DNA of 32,000 bases, taken from contig CP091279.1 of the NCBI GenBank assembly GCA_021650915.1, positions 960,001 through 992,000 of the forward strand, read 5' to 3'. The notes beneath the pieces were generated by a model that was given only the letters and a program-made list of their open reading frames with translations, was not told the DNA's origin and made no database searches. This DNA comes from Candidatus Brocadia sp. (GTDB lineage: Bacteria > Planctomycetota > Brocadiia > Brocadiales > Brocadiaceae). Within the stretch, counting starts at the first letter, position 1, and every line of letters starts with the position of its first letter. Below, in pieces: positions 8,676 through 17,760 of this stretch. The translations under genes and the position numbers were made by a program.

Positions 8676-9233
8676 CTATTCCCTCCCCAGGAATTCTCCA
8701 GTTCTCGTATCTACCTTAATTATTTCCCCGTTATTAATGAACAAAGGAACCTTTACCACCAGCCCGGTCTCTAATTTTGCAGGCTTGTAAACATTCACCA
8801 CGGTGTCACCTTTCATGCCCGGATCGGTTTCAACAATTTTTAACACAACCGACGTTGGTAATTCCACGGAAATCGCCTTACCTTCATAGAAGGCTATTTT
8901 TGCCTGGCTATTCAGGGTCATGTACGGCATGGCATCTTCAACCGCCTCTTTCGGCAGCAATATCTGCTCATAATTCTCCGTATCCATGAAGCAATAATTA
9001 TCCCCGTCCTTATACAGGTACTCCATTACCCGATGGTCAAGAAACACGTCCTCTATCTTGTCGGTAGACCGGAACCGCTTTTGGACAACGCTTCCCTGTT
9101 TCAGACTCTTCAGTTTCGCCTGCACCATACCTCGCCAGTTTCCCGGGGTAACGTGCTGGTAATCTACCACTAAATAGAGTTCACCATCCATTTTTATCAC
9201 CGTACCCCTTTTCATTTCCGTAGCGCTGAGCAA
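8676..9233 (-). CDS. efp: Translation elongation factor P
   Basis: The 185-aa protein aligns along its full length with EF-P (KMDGELYLVVDYQHV...GDTVVNVYKPAKLETGLVVKVPLFINNGEIIKVDTRTGEF). Confidence 0.93.
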   Translation of the reverse strand: MLSATEMKRGTVIKMDGELYLVVDYQHVTPGNWRGMVQAKLKSLKQGSVVQKRFRSTDKIEDVFLDHRVMEYLYKDGDNYCFMDTENYEQILLPKEAVEDAMPYMTLNSQAKIAFYEGKAISVELPTSVVLKIVETDPGMKGDTVVNVYKPAKLETGLVVKVPLFINNGEIIKVDTRTGEFLGRE

Positions 9234-9272
9234 TTTAATAACTCCCCAATAAAATGAACAATAAAATATTTC

Positions 9273-10430
9273 CTATAAAAACTCTGTCATTACCGTATCG
9301 GCAACAAACAAGCCTTTTTCGGTGAGTTTGAGCCGTTCGTCTTCAAACGCAACTAATCCATGCGCTCGCAGCCGGTTTATCTGATCGCCAAATTGATCTT
9401 CTAATGCGTAACCGAACCGTTTGTAAAAAACAGCATTTGAAATACCCTGACGCAGCCGCAGGGACATAATAACGGTCTCAGATGCTAACCGGTCTGGCGG
9501 TAAACACTCACCGAATAGTTTTATGCTGGTATTCTCCTGGATTCTCTGAATATACTTCAATACATCTTTTTCGTTGGCAGTTCGCATGCCATGAAGAAAT
9601 GAATGTGCACCAGTTCCGACTCCTACATACTCCCTGTTCTCCCAATAAACCCGGTTGTGGCAGCACTCGTATCCATCCCGTGCAAAATTTGAAATTTCGT
9701 AGTGGTGATAGCGGTTTCTTGTCAGATAGTCAATGGCCATCTTATACATTTCCAGTTCAACACATTCTTCCAGTTTATCGACAACCGCATTCTTCAAATC
9801 AACCGCAAGCGGCGTCCCCTCTTCATAGGTGAGGGAATACGCAGAGAGATGCTCCGGGTTCAGTTCAACAGCCGTTCTTAGGTCTCTTTCCCAGTCATCG
9901 GGCGTTTGTTCCGGACAACCAAAGATCAGATCAATATTCACATTCTGAAAACCGTTTTTTCTCAATAATGCGAAGGCGTCTCGTGCATCATCACCGGAAT
10001 GAATGCGCCCAAGGAGTTCTAATTGCTTATTCTGAAATGACTGGACGCCTAAGCTGATACGGTTCACTCTGTATCCCTTTAACAATTCAACTTTATTTTT
10101 TGTCAGGGTACCCGGGTTTACTTCAACGGTATATTCCCGAATTTCCGAAGCGGGAATGCACCGGATTATGCAGGAAAGTAATTTTTCCAACTGGGATTCC
10201 TTCAGTACGCTGGGTGTTCCACCGCCGATATAAACCGTTTGAAAAAGATATTCCCCTGGTAACAGAGCCAACTCTTTTTCAAGGGCGTGCAGATAACGGT
10301 CAATCATCCCCGTGTCCGATACCATGGAATGGAAATCGCAGTAATTGCACTTTCTTGCACAAAACGGGACGTGTATATAAAGGGCGTGAGGAGCTATATC
10401 GATTTTTTCTGTCATCCTGAAACTGTACAT
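9273..10430 (-). CDS. hemW: Radical SAM HemN-family protein, HemW-like heme chaperone / coproporphyrinogen III oxidase-like
   Basis: It has the CxxxCxxC radical SAM motif HVPFCARKCNYCDF, the motif GGGTPS, and a 385-aa length typical of HemW. Confidence 0.85.
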   Translation of the reverse strand: MYSFRMTEKIDIAPHALYIHVPFCARKCNYCDFHSMVSDTGMIDRYLHALEKELALLPGEYLFQTVYIGGGTPSVLKESQLEKLLSCIIRCIPASEIREYTVEVNPGTLTKNKVELLKGYRVNRISLGVQSFQNKQLELLGRIHSGDDARDAFALLRKNGFQNVNIDLIFGCPEQTPDDWERDLRTAVELNPEHLSAYSLTYEEGTPLAVDLKNAVVDKLEECVELEMYKMAIDYLTRNRYHHYEISNFARDGYECCHNRVYWENREYVGVGTGAHSFLHGMRTANEKDVLKYIQRIQENTSIKLFGECLPPDRLASETVIMSLRLRQGISNAVFYKRFGYALEDQFGDQINRLRAHGLVAFEDERLKLTEKGLFVADTVMTEFL

Positions 10431-10440
10431 CAGAAAAGTA

Positions 10441-11190
10441 TTAATGTCTCACCGTTTTCTGCGTTCTGCTTTCTCGTGCGTTATGATAGGCGGTCCCCGC
10501 GAGTTCCTTGCGAATGATGGTTTTGTAATACTGCATCCTTGTGTCCGGATTTTCTAAAATACCATGAAAGCGTTTTGTCGGATCTTTGTAAATAAGTTTA
10601 ACCGGTATTTCGCGTATGAGCAAACCCGCCTTCCAGGCCTGCATCCAGAGTTGCAACGGCATTCCGTAGCCATACTCAGTCAGATGCAGCAGCTTTATTT
10701 TTTCCACCTTATATGCCTTAAAACCGCAAAATGAATCGGTTAAATGAAAACCGGTTATGCGATTTAAGATGGCAGTGATTTTCCTGTTAATGATATATCG
10801 CTCCCTGGGCGCATCTTTGTCCGCCTCACGGGAAAAAAAATACCGCGAGCCCGACAGGATGTCAAAAGAATAAAAGGGAATTTCCTGTAAAAACCCCCGG
10901 ATCTCCATGGGGTCATGCTGCCCGTCTCCGTCGATCGTTAACAAATAATCGTAGTGGTTCCTGATGGCGTACTGGAATGCGTTTATGATCGCCTTGCCGT
11001 ATCCGAGATTCCTTGAATGCACAATCATGCGGATATTTTCAACCTTCGCTAATTCCCTTTGAAGGCGTCCGGTTGAACCGTCGTCAATCACCAACACGTC
11101 GAGATCAAAATACTTGACCTGTTGGACAATATGAAAGACGGCGCTTTCATTGAAGACCGGTATTGCAATAAGGATCTTCTTACGGTACAT
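10441..11190 (-). CDS. Family 2 glycosyltransferase (polyprenol-phosphate glycosyltransferase-like)
   Basis: KILIAIPVFNES...VLVIDDGSTG...LLTIDGDGQHDP are GT2 signatures. I prefer the internal ATG at 11190 (MYRKKILIAIP) over the ORF-track start at 11235. Confidence 0.85.
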   Translation of the reverse strand: MYRKKILIAIPVFNESAVFHIVQQVKYFDLDVLVIDDGSTGRLQRELAKVENIRMIVHSRNLGYGKAIINAFQYAIRNHYDYLLTIDGDGQHDPMEIRGFLQEIPFYSFDILSGSRYFFSREADKDAPRERYIINRKITAILNRITGFHLTDSFCGFKAYKVEKIKLLHLTEYGYGMPLQLWMQAWKAGLLIREIPVKLIYKDPTKRFHGILENPDTRMQYYKTIIRKELAGTAYHNARESRTQKTVRH

Positions 11191-11371
11191 CGGGTCTAAT
11201 AACGCATGGGATGAAATGAGCAAAAAAACCTCCAATACTCGCGGGAAAAAAGCATTTCATTGAGGAGACACGTTTTCTGGCATTTTTACTAAAGATGTTA
11301 TTATAAAAAAACGGATAATTATATAGCAAGGAAAAACCACTTTGCCCGCTTGTTTCTGAGACATTAAAACA

Positions 11372-11400
11372 TTGACATCCTTTATGATACCTGTTAAAAT
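11372..11400 (+). promoter_or_regulatory. Sigma70-like promoter upstream of ispH fusion gene
   Basis: TTGACA (11372-11377), a 17-nt spacer and TAAAAT (11395-11400) lie in the divergent intergenic region. Confidence 0.45.
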
Positions 11401-11443
11401 TGCCCAAATTTTATGAGGCTCAACATTCCTTTCGACAGAAGGA

Positions 11444-13288
11444 ATGAGGGACGCACACGGCAATACCGAGATTGTTTCTGGGGTTTTACACCGGGAACCC
11501 TTTTTCGTAAAAATATTTTCCAAATACCGTATTCGGGGTATTCTTTTGAGAGTAAAAGTCGCTAAAACTGCCGGATTTTGCATGGGTGTACGGAGGGCAA
11601 TGGACATCCTTCTTGACGCCGCAAATGAGAAAAATGATGACGGTAATGTCTTTACTGATGGGCCGCTGATTCATAATCCTCAGGTGCTTGAATATCTGGA
11701 AAAGCGGGGTATTCAGGTCGTTAAAGGGCAGACAGACCTTTCGAAAAGCACCGTCGTGATACGGGCGCATGGCGTTACCCCGACACGGAGAAAAGAGATC
11801 GAAAGCACGGGGGCAAAGGTGTGTGACGCTACGTGTCCCCATGTGATGAGGGTTCAGTCCATTATTAAAAAATATGCAGCCCAGGGATACTCAACGGTAA
11901 TTGTGGGTGACAAAGGGCACGCTGAGGTTATCGGCCTCCTGGGATATGCCGAAGGGAAAGGGTACGTGGTGCAGGAACTGGATGAGATCGAACACCTGCC
12001 TCCGATGGACAAGGTGTGTATCGTAGCACAAACGACCCAGGACAGACGTATGTTTAAGGAGGCGATAGAAAGGCTGAAAAAGCGCTATGCAAACTGTGAA
12101 TCATTTGAAACAATCTGCAGTTCCACGTACAAACGCCAGGACGAAATCATCAGTCTGAGCAAAACAGTCGACGCGATGATTGTCGTTGGCGGAAGAGGAA
12201 GCGCCAATACCACGCGGCTGGTGAAGATATGCGAGTCACAGGGAACGCCCACCTTCCTCGTCGAAACCGATGCAGAACTGGATCTTGAGAAGCTGAAAGA
12301 TTACGATACCGTCGGGGTAACGGCAGGAGCTTCCACCCCAAACTGGATGATCAAGCGGGTAGTTGAAAAAGTGCATTCCTTTAAACTCAGCCGGTACCGG
12401 CGGTTTTTATATGGCATGAGGGGTATTGCGAGTTATTTTATACGGAGCTGCACCTATGCGGGGCTCGGAGCGGCAAGTCTCAGTTATGCGAGCGCGGTAT
12501 TACTGGGCATTCGCCCTCGTATCAGTTTTTGCCTGATCGCTGCGTTATTCATCTTCTCTATGCAAGTCCTGAATCGTTTTTCCAATAAAGAGGCGATCGC
12601 ACTGAACGAACCTTCCGGTGCAAAATTTTACGAGAAGAAACAAGCCCTTTTTATCTGTCTTGGTATTGCCGGCGTGGTGGCGTCTTTTGCTCTTGGATTT
12701 GTGCTCAACAAATCGATCTTTTTCTGCACCTTTCTCGCCGGACTTATTGGTATTTTTTATCGGCTGGAAATTATCCCCAGGAGCTTATCGAGAATCATCC
12801 GGTACCGAAGCCTTGAACAAATCCCTGGTTCAAAAGAGATCTTTTACAGCCTCGCATGGGCGGTGAGCACGACGTTAATACCTTTTCTTGGAGCAAAACA
12901 GAGTTTTACGCCCTCGCTCGTTATTGCCTCGGCCTTTGCCTTTAGCCTTGCGTTTATCAGGGCAGTAGTCCTTAATATACGGGATATCCAGGGCGACCGT
13001 ATCCTGGGGAAGGAAACCATTCCTATCGCAATCGGCAAGGAACGCACCAAGACGATTCTCATTATCATCACGGCGCTTGTCGCTGTTTTAATGTCAGCAA
13101 GCCCGTGGCTTGGTTGGACAACGAGTCTGGGGTATTGTTTACTCCCCTGTGTGGCCTATGCCTCCGGCTATCAATATCTGTTTCAGAAACGAATTGTTTC
13201 TGAAGGACTCTTATCCGAAACGATTACCGATTTTAACTTTATCCTGGCCGGTATTATAGCCTTTGTATGGAAATCAAACCACTTTTAA
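11444..13288 (+). CDS. ispH: IspH (4-hydroxy-3-methylbut-2-enyl diphosphate reductase) fused to a C-terminal UbiA-like polytopic membrane domain
   Basis: The N-terminal ~310 aa match IspH/LytB (GFCMGVRRA, DATCPHV, CSSTYKRQ for the three cluster cysteines, plus VVGGRGSANTTRL). The C-terminal ~300 aa have about 8 hydrophobic helices and the UbiA-type motif NIRDIQGDRILGKETIPIAIG. The true start may be TTG 11546 (LRVKVAKTAGFC) because ATG 11444 has its GGA directly abutting the ATG. Confidence 0.85.
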   Translation: MRDAHGNTEIVSGVLHREPFFVKIFSKYRIRGILLRVKVAKTAGFCMGVRRAMDILLDAANEKNDDGNVFTDGPLIHNPQVLEYLEKRGIQVVKGQTDLSKSTVVIRAHGVTPTRRKEIESTGAKVCDATCPHVMRVQSIIKKYAAQGYSTVIVGDKGHAEVIGLLGYAEGKGYVVQELDEIEHLPPMDKVCIVAQTTQDRRMFKEAIERLKKRYANCESFETICSSTYKRQDEIISLSKTVDAMIVVGGRGSANTTRLVKICESQGTPTFLVETDAELDLEKLKDYDTVGVTAGASTPNWMIKRVVEKVHSFKLSRYRRFLYGMRGIASYFIRSCTYAGLGAASLSYASAVLLGIRPRISFCLIAALFIFSMQVLNRFSNKEAIALNEPSGAKFYEKKQALFICLGIAGVVASFALGFVLNKSIFFCTFLAGLIGIFYRLEIIPRSLSRIIRYRSLEQIPGSKEIFYSLAWAVSTTLIPFLGAKQSFTPSLVIASAFAFSLAFIRAVVLNIRDIQGDRILGKETIPIAIGKERTKTILIIITALVAVLMSASPWLGWTTSLGYCLLPCVAYASGYQYLFQKRIVSEGLLSETITDFNFILAGIIAFVWKSNHF

Positions 13289-13302
13289 ACCCTGAATGAT
13301 TT

Positions 13303-13992
13303 ATGAAAGAAAAAGAGCAAGGTGTATTCAGTCATTTTAGAAAAGACGTTAGAAAAAGAATGCTGACGGGGCTATTATTGATACTCCCCGTCTATGTAAC
13401 CTTTTTTGTTGTCAAATTCCTCTTTAGCTTTGTTGGTGGCACTCTTGCTCCCGTTGTCAAGCGAGTATTACAGTTTTTAGGCGTTGCCCTGCCCAAGACC
13501 TCTCTTGATGAGTTTATCATCACCTTTTTCGGCCTTATTCTCACGTTTATTGCGTTGTACTTTCTTGGTATCTTTGCCACGAACATTGTCGGTAAGTTCA
13601 TTATCCATTACTTTGAAAACCTTCTGACAAGGACGCCGGTTGTTCGGAATATCTATTCGTCGGCAAAACAAATCATCCACGCAGTCACTCTGCCCGGCAA
13701 GCAGGCATTCAAGCGGGTAGTTTTTATCGATTTTCCTAAGGAAGGAACCAAGTCTATCGGGTTTGTGACTGGCGCTACCCAGTACAATCAGGATCGTAAA
13801 TTTATCAGTGTGTTTATTCCAACTACGCCAAATCCAACAACAGGTTTTTTGATCTATACGACGGAAGATGCCGTTATTGACACGACTCTTACGGTAGAAG
13901 AGGCGTTTAAAACCCTCTTTTCAGGCGGTGTTCTGACCCCGAAGGATATTACAACGCCACTTACCGTGGAACGAACGCAAACTTCCCGTTAG
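13303..13992 (+). CDS. DUF502-family membrane protein
   Basis: The N-terminus RKRMLTGLLLILPVYVTFFVVKFLF and two TM helices, followed by a soluble C-terminal domain (FPKEGTKSIGFVTG...IPTTPNPTTGF), look like DUF502. This call is from memory of the family. Confidence 0.7.
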   Translation: MKEKEQGVFSHFRKDVRKRMLTGLLLILPVYVTFFVVKFLFSFVGGTLAPVVKRVLQFLGVALPKTSLDEFIITFFGLILTFIALYFLGIFATNIVGKFIIHYFENLLTRTPVVRNIYSSAKQIIHAVTLPGKQAFKRVVFIDFPKEGTKSIGFVTGATQYNQDRKFISVFIPTTPNPTTGFLIYTTEDAVIDTTLTVEEAFKTLFSGGVLTPKDITTPLTVERTQTSR

Positions 13993-14044
13993 AACAGGCG
14001 TTTGTTTCAGGCATTGCGTAGTCAATCCGGTAAAGAACAGTATT

Positions 14045-14141
14045 GGGAGTGCATGTCGGCTGGTGTCGGCGACGGACTTCAAATCCGGTCTGTCCCGCTT
14101 CTAGCGGGATAGGTGGGTTCGATTCCCACACGCTCCCGCCA
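14045..14141 (+). tRNA. selC: tRNA-Sec (selenocysteine, anticodon UCA)
   Basis: The sequence is GGGAGTGCATGTCGGCTGGTGTCGGCGACGGACTTCAAATCCGGTCTGTCCCGCTTCTAGCGGGATAGGTGGGTTCGATTCCCACACGCTCCCGCCA. The anticodon loop is CTTCAAA. The long variable arm is TCCCGC/GCGGGA. The T arm is GTGGG-TTCGATT-CCCAC (5 bp). The acceptor stem is extended (7 bp plus one C-A), the D stem is 6 bp with a 4-nt loop, and G73-CCA is encoded. Confidence 0.85.
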
Positions 14142-15034
14142 TGATGTGCATAGAAATGAAGCACTAATGACTTTTTAAACACAGGACAAGGCACCGTCTG
14201 CCAGATTAAACCTGGCAATGTGATGTAATGCGGGCATGTCATTATTGTCATAATCCGCTCCATGTCAAGATCGTTCCATCCATTTTGTTCGTTCCACATC
14301 GAATACATGTAGTCATCTTACATCAGAATCAAAGAATAGCCGATGGCTACCCTGCAGAGTTAACGCATAAGGGTGGCTTGAGGCGCTTGCCTGTTAGCGC
14401 CGAATCCACCAATCATATCCAAATCAAGGCTTGACATCAAACCCTAAGTTGGTTCAGTCCCTGAGCTGGTTCAGTCTTGCAGACTGAACCAGACGTTTCG
14501 CATGGCACACCTGGGCATGAACCCATGCAATGATGGGAAATCTTGCCAAACGTCTTGGTTCAATTGGGGACGATTGAACCAGCCAAGGCTAAATAGCCAA
14601 ACCGATAAAATTGGCAAATCCGGCGAAATCAGCGGTGTCTTTATCCCGCCACGAATGATTGCCACAGGCCTTAGTCTGCGCCGTAGCTGGTTGAAATTCA
14701 CTGTTCATCGGAAGGCTACGCAAGTTGAAGTCGGCGGATTCTCTTTCTTTTCTGCAAGTAAAGAAAGTCTCAATGCAAAAATGTCTTTTCAAAAATATCT
14801 TCAGCGGTAAGGGCATATTGCAATGCGCCCCTACAAAAGTCATCGTTCCTTTGCGTCCCCTGACAACTCCGGGTTTGCCCCTGGATGTTTTCTCTTGGCC
14901 GTGATTCTTGTGACGTTTAACCGAGCATCCTGGTAGGTGCGGTACAAATTGTTAAGAATAACCTCTTTTGTTTGCTATGAACGGCGGGATTTGAAGACAC
15001 GCGGAATAATTACTTTTTGCGACTCGTAAACAAT

Positions 15035-15430
15035 TTACAAAACCTTTTCATCCTCTTGTCGCCAGGCCGGTTCTACGATACACAGGAATTTCAAATCGTC
15101 CTGCCCGACGTTTCTGATACATTGTATTGCATGGGGCGGGATATAAATGGCCTGGCCCGGACGCACTTCCACAGACTCATGATCAATATACATGATTCCT
15201 TTGCCTTCCAGGATGTAATATACCTCTGCGTGCTTTAATGTATGACGGTGTGAAGTTTCGCCCTGTTTAACGACTGCATGCGCCAAACTGTAACGGAACT
15301 TCACCTCCTCCTTATCGGGATGCAGAAGTTCACGAAGGACGGCATTGTCGCCCGCTACAAACGCTTTACAGTTTTGCAAGTCTTTTATCAGCATTGTAAT
15401 AAGTGCTCGTAAATACCTTGTTGAGACCAC
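15035..15430 (-). CDS. Cupin-domain protein
   Basis: It has a cupin_2-like core (GETSHRHTLKHAEVYYILEGKGIMYIDHESVEVRPGQAIYIPPHAIQCIRN). The start may instead be the internal MLIKDL (15394). Confidence 0.75.
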   Translation of the reverse strand: MVSTRYLRALITMLIKDLQNCKAFVAGDNAVLRELLHPDKEEVKFRYSLAHAVVKQGETSHRHTLKHAEVYYILEGKGIMYIDHESVEVRPGQAIYIPPHAIQCIRNVGQDDLKFLCIVEPAWRQEDEKVL

Positions 15431-15505
15431 GGGGGTACAAAAGGACAGGGATAGACGGTATTCATTTGCAGTAGTAATTCTCTCTGTGTTTCAGCGTCTC
15501 CGTGG

Positions 15506-16513
15506 CTAACGACATCCTGCCATCCCAACGGCCATTTTTAGCGCCTCCATCATGGAATGAGGGTTGGCAATTCCCCTGCCTGCAATATCATAAGCGGTTC
15601 CGTGGTCAGGCGAAGTGCGGATGAACGGGATGCCCAGGGTAATGTTCACCCCGGTCTCAAAGGCGTGCAATTTCAGAGGAATCGCCCCCTGATCATGATA
15701 GATGGCCACAACCGCGTCACAAGCGCCCTTTAACGACTTATAATATATCGTATCGGCTGAAACCGGACCATCACAATCTATGCCCTTTTTCCTTGCCTTT
15801 TCAATTGCCGGCATGATAACCTTCCGCTCCTCATCGCCAAATATGCCTTCCTCGCCTGCATGAGGATTCAGGCCACAAACAGCAATCTTCGGTTCCTTTA
15901 TGCCAAAGTACTGTTTCAGGTGATGGTCGGTAATGGTGATGGTCTCCAGGATGCTTTCCGCGGTAATTGACTGCGGCACCTCCCTGAGGGCAATATGTGT
16001 CGTTGCAAAGGCGACTCTGAGTTTTCCGCCCACCATCAGCATAACGACCCGTTTGGCGCCTGAAAAAATCTGGAGCATCTCGGTATGCCCCGGATAACCA
16101 TATCCTCCGAGATGAATGGCCTCCTTGCAAATCGGCGCAGTGACAAGGGCATCAATGTGACCGCTCATGGCGAGATTAATTCCCCTGATGACGCACTGGA
16201 CGGACACGTCCCCCCCTTCTGCCGTCGGTTTCTTCTGTTTCATAATGCCCTGGTTTATTTCACCCATATTTAACAGCGAAACCGGGTGTGCCGAATCTCT
16301 GTCCGGCAACTGAGAAATCTCCCGGTATGATAGCGGCAAATCAAGCTCCCGGGCCGTGAGATCAAATACCCCCTGGTTGCCAATAATAACGTACTGAGCG
16401 CATTCCCGTATCGCTGGAGCATTCAGCGATTTCAAGATAATTTCAGGCCCGATTCCACAGGGATCACCCATCGTAATCCCGATCAACAATTTTGATTTTT
16501 TATTTATTTTCAT
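15506..16513 (-). CDS. pdxA: 4-hydroxythreonine-4-phosphate dehydrogenase
   Basis: GITMGDPCGIGPEI, GHTEML, NPHAGE and TSPDHGTA are PdxA signature segments. Confidence 0.92.
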   Translation of the reverse strand: MKINKKSKLLIGITMGDPCGIGPEIILKSLNAPAIRECAQYVIIGNQGVFDLTARELDLPLSYREISQLPDRDSAHPVSLLNMGEINQGIMKQKKPTAEGGDVSVQCVIRGINLAMSGHIDALVTAPICKEAIHLGGYGYPGHTEMLQIFSGAKRVVMLMVGGKLRVAFATTHIALREVPQSITAESILETITITDHHLKQYFGIKEPKIAVCGLNPHAGEEGIFGDEERKVIMPAIEKARKKGIDCDGPVSADTIYYKSLKGACDAVVAIYHDQGAIPLKLHAFETGVNITLGIPFIRTSPDHGTAYDIAGRGIANPHSMMEALKMAVGMAGCR

Positions 16514-16526
16514 TTTATTTTTCCGT

Positions 16527-16555
16527 GTAGGGGCAGGTTTGAAACCTGCCCCTAC
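16527..16555. repeat. Perfect palindromic hairpin GTAGGGGCAGGTTTGAAACCTGCCCCTAC (REP-like)
   Basis: The palindrome has 14-nt arms and sits 14 nt upstream of the pdxA ATG and 150 nt downstream of ribE. There is no U-tract, so I do not call it a canonical terminator. Confidence 0.7.
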
Positions 16556-16706
16556 AAGACTTCATCCACATTACATTTAAATCAGGCCTTCGGCGGCTTA
16601 CTCTCTCTGTTTCTCTCCGCAACCTAGGGGAACAAAAAAGTGTCTTCCCCCGTTTACGGGAGGATTATGGGGGGCGCTTGAAATTCCTACACATTACACA
16701 TTGAAC

Positions 16707-17351
16707 CTACAGAAACCCCTGTTCAATCAATTGTTCCCGGGTAATACCCCCCTTCTTTTCCTGTATATTTGCCAAATGCTTTTTAATCCACTTCCCCATC
16801 ATGTCGGTCTCGATATTCACCGGATCCCCAACCTTCTTGAATCCTAGCGTCGTTGCTGTCAGGGTGTAGGGAATCACTGCCACAGAAAAAAGGCCATCCG
16901 CAAGGTCTACCACCGTAAGGCTGATGCCGTCTATGGCAACGGAACCTTTTTCAATCATCATATCAGTAAGCCTTTTCTCCACTGAAAAGGACATGGTGCA
17001 CTGATCGGCAGACTGCTTCTTTCCTTGTATCATACCAATACCGTCCACATGACCGGTGACAAAATGCCCGCCCAGCCGATCACCCATTTTCAGTGATCGC
17101 TCAATATTCACCTTTTCAGCGTGTTGCAATTTCCCTAGCGCCGTTTTTTTCAAGGTTTCACCGGAAATATCAAAACTTACCATCCTGCCGGAAATCTCTT
17201 TCACGGTGAGGCACGCCCCATTAATCGCAATACTTTCTCCCAGCGTAAGGCCATCGTGAAAGCCGGAAAAATCAAGGAACAGTTCTCCCCCCCCTGCCCG
17301 CAGGGACAAATTTTTTACCGTTGCCAGGGATTCAATCATACCGGTAAACAT
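16707..17351 (-). CDS. ribE: Riboflavin synthase alpha subunit
   Basis: MFTGMIESLATV...INGACLTV...GHFVTGHVDG...IDGISLTV show the duplicated lumazine-binding fold. I chose the start at ATG 17351 rather than the ORF-track start 17429. Confidence 0.9.
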   Translation of the reverse strand: MFTGMIESLATVKNLSLRAGGGELFLDFSGFHDGLTLGESIAINGACLTVKEISGRMVSFDISGETLKKTALGKLQHAEKVNIERSLKMGDRLGGHFVTGHVDGIGMIQGKKQSADQCTMSFSVEKRLTDMMIEKGSVAIDGISLTVVDLADGLFSVAVIPYTLTATTLGFKKVGDPVNIETDMMGKWIKKHLANIQEKKGGITREQLIEQGFL

Positions 17352-17453
17352 CGTGCATTCTTTTTTAAGATTCTGGAGTCCATGATTTGGAAAACGGCAC
17401 AAGGTTACTGCGATAACACGAAAATTCACAAAACACTTTAGTTCTTTGAAAAA

Positions 17454-17738
17454 TTAACAAACGATTTTGCAAGCAAACCCGGAAGGCGTTTTCACCATAA
17501 GGGCATTTTTTGCGCTTGCCAGAAGATTTTCCACTGGATTGATTCTTTGTAATTCAGCAGAACGAAGCAGAGACATAAGGATGGCCTGTGTCTTAGCGCC
17601 ATCCTCAGAGCGGTTCTGCTGTGAGACCTTTCTGGTCAATACTGGCTTTCGCATCTGTTGCTCAGCATGGTTATTATAGGGACTCACGTCCTCATGTTCC
17701 AGGAACGTAAAGAGTTCCAAAACTTCTTTTTTTTGCAA
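17454..17738 (-). pseudogene. IS66-family transposase, C-terminal fragment only
   Basis: DVSPYNNHAEQQMRKPVLTRKVSQQNRSEDGAKTQAILMSLLRSAELQRINPVENLL matches the IS66 C-terminal pattern (NN.AER..R......RKN..F..S..GA......SL..TA...G.NP..YL). There is no DDE core upstream, and the fragment abuts repeat copy B. Confidence 0.7.
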
Positions 17739-17760
17739 GTTTTTGGCAACCCCATTTATC

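Noticed and set aside
14128-14139. 11-nt identity (CACGCTCCCGC) between the tRNA-Sec 3' end and the CRISPR repeat.
   Set aside because: The GC-rich match is short enough to be chance and there is no extended similarity. I treat it as coincidence.
13961-14308. 115-aa minus-strand ORF.
   Set aside because: It runs antisense straight through the tRNA-Sec gene and the end of the DUF502 gene, and it has no recognisable domain.
17352-17453. Possible FMN riboswitch upstream of ribE.
   Set aside because: Only about 100 nt are available and I could not recognise conserved FMN-element segments. Only an Rfam scan would settle it.
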